Below, in pieces: positions 1-9,815 of a DNA stretch of 64,000 bases (its first letter is position 1; each line of letters opens with the position of its first letter). Made by a program: the position numbers and the translations under genes. A model generated the notes under the pieces. The model saw nothing but the letters and a program-made list of their open reading frames with translations. It was not told the DNA's origin and ran no database searches. The stretch is from Paramoeba atlantica (lineage: Eukaryota > Protista > Discosea): the NCBI GenBank assembly GCA_977017575.1, contig CDRNVI010000054.1:620001-684000 (forward strand), read 5' to 3'.

Positions 1-292
1 CTCGAGATGAAGCGTACTCGAAGAGTAGCTCTAATGTCTGAGCAACGTGCGCTGCCATAGGCTGCCCTATCATATCAGAAAATTTTTTTAGGGCGACACG
101 TTCTAACCCTCCTGTCTCCCGGTGGCGTTTAACCCATCGAGAGACAGTAGCTTCACTGCATTTCATAAAAGCAGCAGTGTCTGTAATCGAACGTCCCTGG
201 TTTTGTACCTCATGCACGCAAATTATACGTGTTTCATAAGTGATTTGTTGCGTCGAGAGGGTGCGTCTCTGGCGGCGAAGTGTTTTCGGCAT
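1..292 (-). CDS. HTH-domain ORF, 5' part only (window-truncated copy of 54841-55440)
   Basis: Positions 1-292 match about 55149-55440; ATG at 292 reads MPKTLRRQRR...; Tc1/IS630-like HTH (RSITDTAAFMKCSEATVSRWVKRHRETG). Confidence 0.6.
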   Translation of the reverse strand, partial: MPKTLRRQRRTLSTQQITYETRIICVHEVQNQGRSITDTAAFMKCSEATVSRWVKRHRETGGLERVALKKFSDMIGQPMAAHVAQTLELLFEYASSR

Positions 293-587
293 AAATGATG
301 GGTTAGAAAGAGTTAAATGGTATTTTATTCATAGTTTGATGCGCTAAAATGATAAAAAATGATAAAAGTCTGATCTTTTGCAGAATTTTCGGGGAAAAGG
401 TTCAGTAAAATATGCTTATGACGTCACATCAGCTTCAGGGGAGGCAACAATGGTGCCAGTAGTCTTAAAAATTCGAGATCTGTTGAATGCCCAAGAAATT
501 AGGTCAAAAGCTCGCACGGTACAATTTTTTTTGTCCTTTTTTCAAAAACAAAATCAGCCCCCCCTTTATACAACCAAAAGTCAGGTT

Positions 588-639
588 CCCCCCTTTATAC
601 TTCCAAAAGTACTGAAACCGGCGGAAGTATAAAGGGGGG
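588..639. repeat. 17-bp-arm hairpin, left-arm-deleted version of the foldback at 55735-55857
   Basis: CCCCCCTTTATACTTCC (588-604), 18-nt loop, GGAAGTATAAAGGGGGG (623-639). Confidence 0.8.
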
Positions 640-697
640 GTGACAGTACATGTATTTATAATATTTAAAAAAAATTATAGTACTATGTAGTACTATA

Positions 698-1813
698 CAG
701 GGGGGGCCATGAAAACTGACAAGGTCCGCATTTTAGCATCCTGAGGCCGTTTGAGCTGATTTTTGTTGCAAACGAGAGATCTCGTTCTGAATATCGTGTC
801 TACGCTATTTAAAATACAAAAACGTTCACCGGAAAACATTTCCAATGAGTTACAAAAGTGAAATTTTAAAGATTTTGCAAATTGAAAAACGGGTCTAAAA
901 TTCGTAATTTTTAGTACCACGGCCCAAAAAGTACCCAGAAAGTAGGTCTTAATAGCCAGTATTCCCACCTTCACGCTCACGTAGTATAGCGAGGCGCGTG
1001 GGAAGACTCTTTAGCGTGTTCACATACGCCTCGTGACATTCGTTCAACAAATATTCCTTGGCCTTTGGAATAGCAGCTTGTAATTCTTTTCGATTATGTG
1101 GACGAAGATGGCTGTGGATGTATTTATCCATCATGCTCCACAAATTCTCAATCAAATTGAGATCAGGAGATTTCGAAGGTCAATCAATAATTTTGATGTT
1201 TTCCAACTTACCTATTCTCCTGGCTTCCCCATGCCCTGGCGCGTTGTCAAGGACAACTGTAGCCCCGGGGCGGCGATGCATCCAGTTGAAAAACCCATTT
1301 CGTTTTTTCATTGCATTCAAAAAGACCTCATTTGTAACAGTTTCATTTTGTGCGAACTCATGGAAACACGCATCAGGCACTTCCCAACGGAGACTGGTGG
1401 CCATGAATACATGAACTCCTTTCCCCCCATACCACCTATCTATTCGTACTGGTGTTTCCTTGGGGGGGTCAGTCATTTTTGCAAGGTACGTAATTTTTTT
1501 ACCGCGTGATCCGCATCGAAAGATTTTTTCGTCGCACCACACAATACGAGACATCTGATATGGGCTGAATCCCTCAAAGTAATCAGCAAGTTGTAGTCTA
1601 GCAGCCTTGTGCTCACCTGTTAAAAAAAGGCTTGTGCGACATCGTCTTAATGACGTATCCCATCCTTTTCAAACTCTAACTTTTATTACCAGAAACGGGC
1701 TCCAAATAGCGTAGACACGATCAGAACGAGATCTCTCGTTTGCAATAAAAATCAGCTCAAACGGCCTCAGGACGGCAAAATGCGGACCTTGTCAGTTTTC
1801 GTGCCGCCCCCCC
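698..1813 (-). mobile_element. Tc1/IS630-superfamily DNA transposon, non-autonomous, ~110-bp TIRs, TA flanks
   Basis: Left TIR 698-810 and right TIR 1704-1813 are near-perfect reverse complements; TA at 696-697 and 1814-1815; encloses a DDE transposase. Confidence 0.9.
949..1554 (-). pseudogene. Tc1-like DDE transposase catalytic domain with a premature stop
   Basis: WCDEK...VLDNAPGH...WPSKSPDLNLIENLW; the Trp codon of copy 56132-56737 is TGA here (1180-1182); the upstream KPFLTGEHKAARL motif is frameshifted in a T-run. Confidence 0.9.
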
Positions 1814-2329
1814 TACGGGCTACGGTTCACTACGGGTAAACCGCAGCATCATAGTACTATAAATCTATAAAAATCTATAACAGAAAAAAGTGATCAAAAA
1901 CGTTTTGATGCTCTCTTTTAGCACCAAAGACACCATGTACAAAGTCAATTTATGACAGGCAGTTTAATAATAGTCAATTTATGACAGTTTAATCAAGTTT
2001 TTTATGTTTCGCGGCAGAAAACTTAGTTTTCAGTTTTTTGCTTGTGCTTCTTCCGCCACGGGAGAAAAAAGAAGTTACAAGGACTCTCTTTTGAAGGAGA
2101 AACGTGTCCAAGCCCGACGAAAATCAATCAAAAAAATTATATATATATTTTTATACATAGTAATTGAAAAATTATAATACTATATAGTACTATAATTATA
2201 GATTTTGTAGATTTTCAGACCCCTGAAAAATACCTAAAAAAGAATCTTTAAAGTGCATTAAATTCAGTAACTCAAATTTTCAGGAATCAATCTTCAGGAA
2301 TTAAAGTTCTGCTGGATTCGACGAGGATA

Positions 2330-3617
2330 CACCCCCTTTTCCTTGACGGAAAATAAGGCGGCAAGAAAAATAGTCACTGTTTGCTTTTCGTTCGTACGAA
2401 CGACTTTGACTCAAATCACGCCCACTGGCGCTAAAGTTTTCCCCTTCAGTTCGCCGTCGACGCTAACGCTAGTCTCATGACAAAACTTTTATCTCCGAAA
2501 ATAACAGAGCTGTACTGACGAACATCGTGCTGCGAGTACAAATGATGCGACTGTCGTCTTATACGTTGACCAATATCTGATGCTTGAGTCCATCAAAACA
2601 CGTAACGATAGTGCTTATACGCTCTTTCTTTTGCTTTTTCACCCAGTCCTTCATGTAATGTTCCATGATGACTCATCAACTGGAGCACCCTATCTCGAGT
2701 GATAAGGATATGACCATTCAACAGACCGAGAAGGGATTCATGAACCTTTGTTATTGAATCTTGTCGCGAGCTATTGAAAGCTCGCTCACACTTCCGGCCG
2801 CGACCTCCATGATTTATTCTTGATTGATATTCTTTTTCTCCGACTCGCTTTATTTTAAACGATATAAATTATATATATTATATATATTATATATTTACAA
2901 TATAATATAAAGGAAGAAGGAATATAATATATTATATGTATGATAAACTATATTTATACGACTTCGCAAGTTTTGATACGGAAGACGAAGAACGACACAC
3001 GGACAACTTGTCTTGCACCGACAAGTTCTTTCTGCGGTATGTTGATGGGGGAACAAAGGGAGGGGGAGTGGGACATGCTGAAAGAGAATTTTGGGAGAGC
3101 GAGATACCAGGTTCTTGTCCGGAAGCAAAAGATCCGACTACACGTGATATACGAGCCACTGGAGTTCGCGAAATGATCCAGTTAACGGTCCACGCGGCAC
3201 CAGACCCTCCCGAGAATTCATAGGACAATAATTTTCAGGAGAAGTTTTCTATAGTTCCTAAACAAGGTCTTGCAGCTTTTTTATACACTTTTTTACACTC
3301 GGATAGCTATGCCCCGGAAAAAAGCCGCTGCTTCTTTCATCGGGGGATTTCATAAAAAAAACATGCCCCCCCTAAACAAATATTTGGCCTTTTAGACAAA
3401 CTAGCCCTATCAAAGGGGGGACACGCGTAGCCCTATTAAATAGGGCCGTTTCTGTAATTACATGCTCTGACTTTTTTATGTAACAGATCCCCCCCTAGTT
3501 ATACAGGGGGTGTATACACATACCCCTAGTTGGGGTGTATGTCACACCCCTACTCCCCCTAGTTATACGTCACTTTTCCACGAAAAGTAGTGACTGATAA
3601 CTACGGGGGGGGTACAC
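2330..3617 (-). mobile_element. Degenerate pogo/Tc2-like transposon, 5' half
   Basis: Minus strand has broken frames reading (G)DETSVSVDGELKGKTLAPVGVISVKVVRT.EKQTVTIFLAA, resembling the pogo DDE_1 first-Asp motif; terminus ATAACTACGGGGGGGGTACAC-TA with subterminal CCCCCTAGTTATA motifs; left boundary approximate. Confidence 0.6.
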
Positions 3618-3676
3618 TACATTCATAAAATTATTTTTAATTTTTAAAAAAACAATAATTTACATTCTAACTTTAC

Positions 3677-4573
3677 ATGCCACACTTAACGCTACAGACG
3701 ATCGTGCGGCTCACATGTTCGGATATTCAGGAGCCATCGACTAAACGTCGTAAAGTCGAAACTCCAGTATCTTCGAACACCCATTCCGATAAACAAATTA
3801 CAAATATGAGATCGCGTATTGCCAAAGTGAGTGCTGCTAATTTACCCCAAGAGTATCACCTTGTTCGTCTCCTCGCGGAAGTCCACAACTTGGACGAATC
3901 GTGGAGTCTTGACACGCCAGCATGTGAGTGGAAAGGTGTGAGTTGTTTGGTGCGGCAAGAAGTCACCCGCATAGAATGGGGTCTACTACATTTGGCAGGC
4001 ACTATGAACCTGATTCATCTCCCACATAGTCTGTACCATTTTAATGCGGGTCAGAACGCTCTAGAAGGTGCGGTGCCGCTCACGCGCTTGCCTTCGGAAC
4101 TGCGATCACTAACTCTGTACGAAAATCGGTTTGAAGGCGAGTTGGACTTGACTTCCCTTCCGCACTGTTTCGTAGATTTGACTTTGAATGACAACAGGTT
4201 CAATGGAACTGTATGTTTGACGAGTCTGCCGTTCTATATGCAAAATGTGAACCTTAGCGGAAATCGTCTTACCGGGTCACTTGATTTGACTTTGCTTCCG
4301 CCTAACATTTGGCAAGTAAGTCTCGCTGGAAATCAGATGTCCGGCGAACTCGATCTTCGGCAACTTCCTTCGAGGATTTCTTACCTTGATTTGTCGCGCA
4401 ATATGTTTTCTGTTTATGTCAACTTGGCGAAGCTTTCATCTTCATTGATTGGTTTGGATTTATCAGATAATGTGAACTTGCGTAGCAATATAACAAGATC
4501 GCCATTCTCTGAAGATGTGCAAGAGTTCGGTTTGTGCGTGCATAACACACAGATAAAGCTCGAGAATCATTGA
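3677..4573 (+). CDS. Leucine-rich repeat protein, 298 aa (Cys N-cap plus ~7 plant-type LRRs)
   Basis: WSLDTPACEWKGVSC cap; LxxLxLxxNxFxGxxxLxxLP repeats; intact ORF; basic PSTKRRKV motif near the N-terminus. Confidence 0.92.
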   Translation: MPHLTLQTIVRLTCSDIQEPSTKRRKVETPVSSNTHSDKQITNMRSRIAKVSAANLPQEYHLVRLLAEVHNLDESWSLDTPACEWKGVSCLVRQEVTRIEWGLLHLAGTMNLIHLPHSLYHFNAGQNALEGAVPLTRLPSELRSLTLYENRFEGELDLTSLPHCFVDLTLNDNRFNGTVCLTSLPFYMQNVNLSGNRLTGSLDLTLLPPNIWQVSLAGNQMSGELDLRQLPSRISYLDLSRNMFSVYVNLAKLSSSLIGLDLSDNVNLRSNITRSPFSEDVQEFGLCVHNTQIKLENH

Positions 4574-4960
4574 ATCAAATAAAATGATAGAGAGAATAAA
4601 GAGAATTCAAGGAGAATAGAGAGAAAGATAGAGAGAAATATATGGGCGGCGGGGTTAGGGGGAGCTTCACTTATTCAATAAATTCTATTGTTTTTGAAAC
4701 TTTTATACGTATAATTTCTTATCTCAAAAAAGTGTACGACGTGCCGTACCCCCTTGATTAATTGCTGTCGCTCAACACCATTGTAATGTGCATAACAGAC
4801 AACACATCTACAATGTGTATAACAGACTAAAAGCAATGTCCGAGAACTGTGATTTAATATAATTTGTCTTAAAAAAAGTGTTGTTTGCTTTTGACTTCTT
4901 AATTCCTATGGCTTCTTAACTCCGCAGTTTCCAGACCCAAGCCTGGAGCAGGTCTCTCAG
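4574..4960 (+). repeat. Conserved LRR 3' flank (purine-rich tract plus downstream block)
   Basis: AGAGAATAAAGAG tract and downstream block recur after the LRR stop codons at 7195, 9187, 10862, 42810 and 59650. Confidence 0.8.
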
Positions 4961-5419
4961 AGACCAGGGTACTGCGCCAACGCTTCACGCAGTTTAGCGC
5001 TGGACAATGAGTGAAATTGGGCGCAAGGGAGCATCACACTAGAGCGCAGGATTAAGGAGGCGGGGATCTTGTACGGTGGCTGGGGCGTCCCCCAGTGGGC
5101 CACGCCTATGCTCTCGGTAGGTGGCACCCTCCAAGGTTCTAAGCTTCTAGAAGCATAGCGTCCGGGTTGTGATTAATCGAATCTCGTTGGTTGGTCATTA
5201 TAAAAGAATGTCAGAGAATGCGGAAAGTCAGAATTCAGAGAAAGAAAATAAATTATTAAACTTAAAATGAAATTATAAGTTTCATGTAACAGCCGATATA
5301 AGAAATCGTTCAAAGGCAAAAAATTAAAAATCACCTTCGATGAAGACTCATCGAAGGTCCCCCCTAGCTAATTAGTTAATTTAATTATATAAATACAGTG
5401 AAGTATTCAAATATGAGTG

Positions 5420-5533
5420 GATTATATTACGGTTATTTTTAATTAAGATTGGCGCAACTTTAATTAAAGCAATAATTAATTTTTAAATTCGTTCTGCCTT
5501 AATTACTTTTATCCTTAATAACCGTTTCACCGG
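5420..5533. mobile_element. pogo-type element terminus (single end)
   Basis: ...TTAATAACCGTTTCACCGG-TA; reverse complement CCGGTGAAACGGTTATTAAG resembles the end at 28291 (CCGTGGAAACATTAATTAAG); TAATTAAG subterminal motifs. Confidence 0.4.
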
Positions 5534-5994
5534 TAATTTGCCTTCTTACTTTCCAGGCTGCGCTTGACGCTACACATGATCGTACGGCTCATGCTGTATG
5601 TTCGGATATTCAGGAGCCATCGACTAAACGTCGTAAAGTCGAAACTCCAGTATCTTCGAACACCCATTCCGATGAACAAATTACAAATATGAGATCGCGT
5701 ATTGCCAAAGTGAGCGCTGCGAATTTACCGCAAGAGTATCACCTTGTTCGTCTCCTCGCCGAAGTCCACAACTTGGACGAATCGTGGAGTCTTGACACGC
5801 CAGCATGTGAGTGGGAAGGTGTGGGTTGTAACGAGCGGGAAGAAGTCAGCCGCATGGAATGGGGTCAACTAGATTTGTCAGGTGCTATGAACCTGATTTA
5901 TCTCCCACATAGTCTGTATGATTTTGATGCGCGTCAGAACGCTCTAGAAGGTGCAGTACCGCTCACGCGCTTGCCTTCGGAACTGCGATCGCTA

Positions 5995-6025
5995 GCTATA
6001 AAGATACAGTTTCTGTACCTTGTTG
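5995..6025 (+). other. Kinetoplastid-type spliced-leader exon sequence (copy 1)
   Basis: GCTATAAAGATACAGTTTCTGTACCTTGTTG; contains the ACAGTTTCTGTAC core and TTG end; last 23 nt are 20/23 identical to the T. cruzi SL as recalled; not followed by GT. Confidence 0.85.
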
Positions 6026-6729
6026 TTTTTTTCCTAGCTCATCTTTTCTCTCCCGGAAACAGGCATATTTTTACTATGCGCATGCCCGTTTCCGGATGGC
6101 GCTAGGAAAGGAACTGTCCCTCTTGTCGTAAAGCAGGGGTGCGCCTCCCTTCCTTCATCTCCCACCACCCCGCTCGAACACGGTTCCGAGTCCCCATGCG
6201 CTGCAGGACCCTTCTACGGGACTACGCGACGTGCCTTCACCATCACGCGACACCGGTACTTCGCGGAGGAGGCTTCCAAACGCTTGAAGTCTCCCACACG
6301 GCGAGCAAACACGTTGTATGCGTGTTCTAGAGGATGTCCTATGCACCTCTCTTGCTCACCAGCCGTGGCGGATTATGTGGGACCCCGATGCCCAAGATGT
6401 ATCATGAACCATGACTCCATTTGCCAGCATGCATCCATGGCCCTGACCATGTTGTATCATGAACCATGGAGGTCATTTGTAGCATGTACGACGGGAATAC
6501 CATCTGCGTCCCACAAATCCGTATATCTTTCCTGGTGCATTGCGCTCACTGAGTATCGCGGGATATCTTATCCCGATGAGGCCGTTTCTTTTCGCTTTCC
6601 TGGGGATGATATCCCGAGCTTTCCCCTGTGTCGCCGCGGAGGCCGAAAGGGTCCAGCAGGGAGTGTTGATTGCGCCTACCCCTGCTGGGCCCTAATTATC
6701 TCTGCAGGTCTTGCCCTGCATGACAAAAC
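5995..6729 (+). mobile_element. SL-headed non-coding retro-insert 1 (candidate SINE-like element)
   Basis: Absent from intact LRR paralogues; SL, then structured head homologous to 10205-10354, a 55-bp direct repeat (6398/6453) and a 3' stem-loop at 6698-6723; the 5' edge may be 5991. Confidence 0.75.
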
Positions 6730-7778
6730 ACTATTCTGTGCGAAAATCGGTTTGAAGGCGAGTTGGACTTGACTTCTCTTCCCTACTGCTTCCATCATTT
6801 AACTTTGCATAGCAACAGATTCAATGGAACTGTATGTTTGACGAGTCTGCCGGTTAATATGCAAAGTGTGAACCTTCGCGAAAATCGTCTTACCGGGCCA
6901 CTTGATTTGACTTTGCTTCCGCCTAACATTCGGCAAGTAAATCTCTCTGGAAATCAATTGTCCGGCGAACTCGATCTTCGGCAACTTCCTTCGAGGATTT
7001 GGCACCTTGATTTGTCGCGCAATATGTTTTCTGGTGATGTCAACTTGGCGAAGCTCCCATCTTCATTGATGACTTTGGATTTATCGTATAATGTGAACTT
7101 GCGTAGCAACATAACAAAATCGCCATTCCCTGAAGATGTGCAAGAGTTCGGTTTGTGCGTATATAACACACAGATAAACCTGGAGAATCATTGAATCAGA
7201 TAAAAAGATAGAGAAAATAAAGAGAATTTAAAGAGAATAAAGAGCATGATAAAGGGAATAAAAATGTGTGGGCGGGGGATTTGGGGGGAGCTTCATTCAT
7301 TCAATAAATTCTATTGTTTTTGGAAGATCTTATAAACTTTCTTACCGTAAAAAAGTGTACGACCTGCCGTACCCCCTTGATTAATTTCTGTCGCTCAACA
7401 CCATTGCAAAAAATGTGCACAACAGACAACACATCCACAACGTGTATAACAGTCTAAAAGCAATGTCTGAGAACTGTGATTTGATTGAAGTTGTCTTACA
7501 AAAACGTATTGTTTACTTTATGTACGTCGCATGTGGCTTCTTAACTCCGCAATTTCCAGTCCCAAGCCTGGAGCAGGTCGCTCAAAGACCGGGAGAGGAG
7601 GGGGGAGCGATCATTCGGTCGAGTTGTACGCCTTGAATTGGATGTGTCAGTCTTGCCGATGACATTCGAACCGTATAGGGCTGGACTTAGCATGCTGCAG
7701 GGCAGTTAGACATGGTGAAGTACCGCAACACTCTCATGTTCCCGCTGGTAGGCTGTAACATTGGATGTCACATGCTGG

Positions 7779-8070
7779 TTAGTTACGGAGAGTTGGACTC
7801 CCTTGGCGCTGGTAGGCTGTGACATTGGATTGTTCTGACGAGTGAGACCGCCATCGTCCCATTAATTGCCTCTCTGAAATAGGAACACCACGGACTCGAA
7901 GCTCAGTGGCCTTCCCATGCCGCAATGAATGCATAGTCCATGTTCGAGTGTTGTCCATGTTCGAGTGTTCAAGTGGTGAGCTGCATCATTTATAAGTTTA
8001 TTAGTCAAACGTCGATTCCACCTCGGGAACAATAAGGAACCTGGATTGCCCTTCGCGAGGGCCTTCCATA
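7779..8070 (-). pseudogene. Tyrosine recombinase C-terminal relic (VIPER/TATE/DIRS-like)
   Basis: ...LLFPRWNRRLTNKLINDAAHHLNT...HSLRHGKATELR.RG...GRW.S...AY; parallels the intact YR at 15038-15994. Confidence 0.75.
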
Positions 8071-8082
8071 TACTGTACTATC

Positions 8083-9073
8083 AAAATATGCCCTTTTGAC
8101 CACGAGCGAAGTTCTGTACTCTGAACGCGGCTGGGCTCTCACCAGCCTGTCTAAGCTTTGGTTACTCTGCACAGGCACAGCAGTTGAACAGATGAAAAAA
8201 TCTCGTGATCCAGCAGTGCAACAAGCGCTGAGATATCGCATCCGTCGTGAGCTCGACAAACGCTCTTCCGGACAAGTGCGACAAGTCGTCGAGTTGTACG
8301 ACCGCAGTGAAAATCACGCATCGACACGGCAGTACATTGAACATGAATATGAAAGACATCTTTCAGAAGCTGTGCAGCGTCGAGCACCAATCGCGGGGCA
8401 GTGGTTTCGCATGGCTACAGAAGACGACCTCGCGAAAGACTTCGCTGCTGCTCTGTGCAATATAAAAAGTACGTCGCTCTCCAGATTTTCTTCATGTGTT
8501 CTGACACAGACACCGCTTCCGACCCGATCCGCCTTACACCGCTGGGGCCTCAGTCCCACTCGAACCTTAAATGCCCCATTTGCAAAGAAGACGTACAAAC
8601 TGTGAGCCACGTTCTCACAGGCTACAAGGTCGCTCTGCAACAGGGGCGGTATACCTTCCGTCATAACCTCATCCTACACGCCCTTGCAGATGCTATACGA
8701 CAATCCCCCGAAACCGCACAGTGTCACTTTGACCTCGCTCACTATCAGAATCCGCCAACCTGGCTGAGCGGGCAGGAAACGTCCCTCCGACCTGATGGAT
8801 GGATCAAACTTAAGAACGGTTCTGAGTTCATACTCGAACTGACATCTCCGTGGGAGGAAAACTTTATCTCCTCACACGAACGGAAGATGCAGAAGTATGG
8901 GCATCCTTATGTATCTACAAAGGAAAATGTCGAATCCAGCCACATTTCTCCTGGCCATTGAAGTAGGTGCCAGGGGAAAGCTCAACAGCTCAACTCGGGC
9001 ACTGAACTCCCTTCAGTGTCATGCGTCTTCTGGGTATCAATCTCTGCAGATAAACTGCATGAATATCATATTG
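8083..9073 (+). mobile_element. 3' fragment of an RLE-type non-LTR retrotransposon (HERO/NeSL/R4-like)
   Basis: CPICKEDVQTVSHVLTG.KVALQQGRYTFRHN zinc knuckle, RPD, ILELTSPWE, RKMQKY, AIEVGARG; frameshifted; 3' end joined to an LRR 3' end. Confidence 0.85.
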
Positions 9074-9186
9074 TATCGTATAATGTGAACTTGCGTAGCA
9101 ACATAACAAAATCGCCATTCCCTGAAGATGTGCAAGAGTTCGGTTTGTGCGTATATAACACACAGATAAAGCTGGAGAATCATTGA
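9074..9186 (+). pseudogene. LRR gene 3'-terminal fragment
   Basis: TATCGTATAATGTGAAC...GAGAATCATTGA essentially identical to 7082-7194. Confidence 0.9.
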
Positions 9187-9446
9187 ACCGAATAAAAGAG
9201 ATAGAGAGAATAAAGAGAATTTAAAGGGAATAAAGAGCATGATAAAGGGAATAAAAATGTGTGGGCGGGGGATTTAGGGGGAGCTTCATTCATTCAACAA
9301 ATGTTATTGTTTTTGGAAGATCTTATAAACTTTCTTACCTCAAAAGGGGGAGTACAGTATATGAACCTGGTGTCTAATATTTCACTGGGGTCGGAATCTG
9401 GTTTAAAATGACAGCGTCGCAAATCTATTTCTGTTCAAACTATTTC

Positions 9447-9662
9447 TCATGTTGCCGTATTGCGACTTGATGTAATGTCGCTGTTACGAGACAGTGTTTC
9501 TGCAGCATTTTGATGTCCAGGTATCCATCTTATGCTGAGGTGTAACTTCTTTTCTAGCTTCCATTTCGAAATAAATCTTACGATCGAGCAAACATGAGAC
9601 ACTGCGATATATCCTTTCGTAATTTTACTTTTTGCCGCGATGTTGTCTGTGGCGAGGACCAT
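9447..9662 (-). pseudogene. RNase H C-terminal fragment, DIRS/VIPER retroelement type
   Basis: ATDN...KG...LSIRWIPGHQNAAETLSR motif. Confidence 0.7.
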
Positions 9663-9815
9663 TATTTATTGTGCAACAATTTCAAAAGTTCCATGTAGTT
9701 CAAAAAAAAAGGTACTTTGTCTGAGAACAGTCTCCGAACACCGCTGTATAAAACACTAAAAACAATGTCTAAAAATAAATTCACTTTCATAATATAAATT
9801 GCCATCTTACTTTAC

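Larger units (their letters stand above)
5555..7194 (+). pseudogene. LRR paralogue split by SL-headed insert 1
   Basis: 5' half (5555-5990) and 3' half (6730-7194) align contiguously with 3677-4573; the start ATG is AGG here. Confidence 0.9.

Noticed and set aside
1180-1182. Stop-codon reassignment (TGA at a Trp position; TAA within the CRE frame)
   Set aside because: The sister Tc1 copy has TGG, and intact LRR, gag and YR ORFs end normally at TGA or TAA; ordinary nonsense mutations suffice.
1058-1509. Plus-strand ORFs over the Tc1 gene and similar antisense ORFs over LRR, CRE, hAT and YR sequences
   Set aside because: Shadow frames of recognisable genes, with no motifs of their own.
5995-6060. 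SL RNA gene
   Set aside because: The exon-like sequence is followed by T or A rather than the GT donor, no Sm-site-like intron is evident, the 5' AACTAA is missing, and it sits inside an LRR gene.
6110-6145. HDV-like ribozyme in the insert head (TTCCTCGG resembles L3)
   Set aside because: No upstream strand complementary to GCAGGGG to form P1, and no P1.1/J4-2 arrangement; a simple hairpin explains it.
7890-7905. tRNA or pol III B-box (GGACTCGAAG)
   Set aside because: It is coding sequence of the YR relic and has no cloverleaf; no tRNA or rRNA was recognised in the window.
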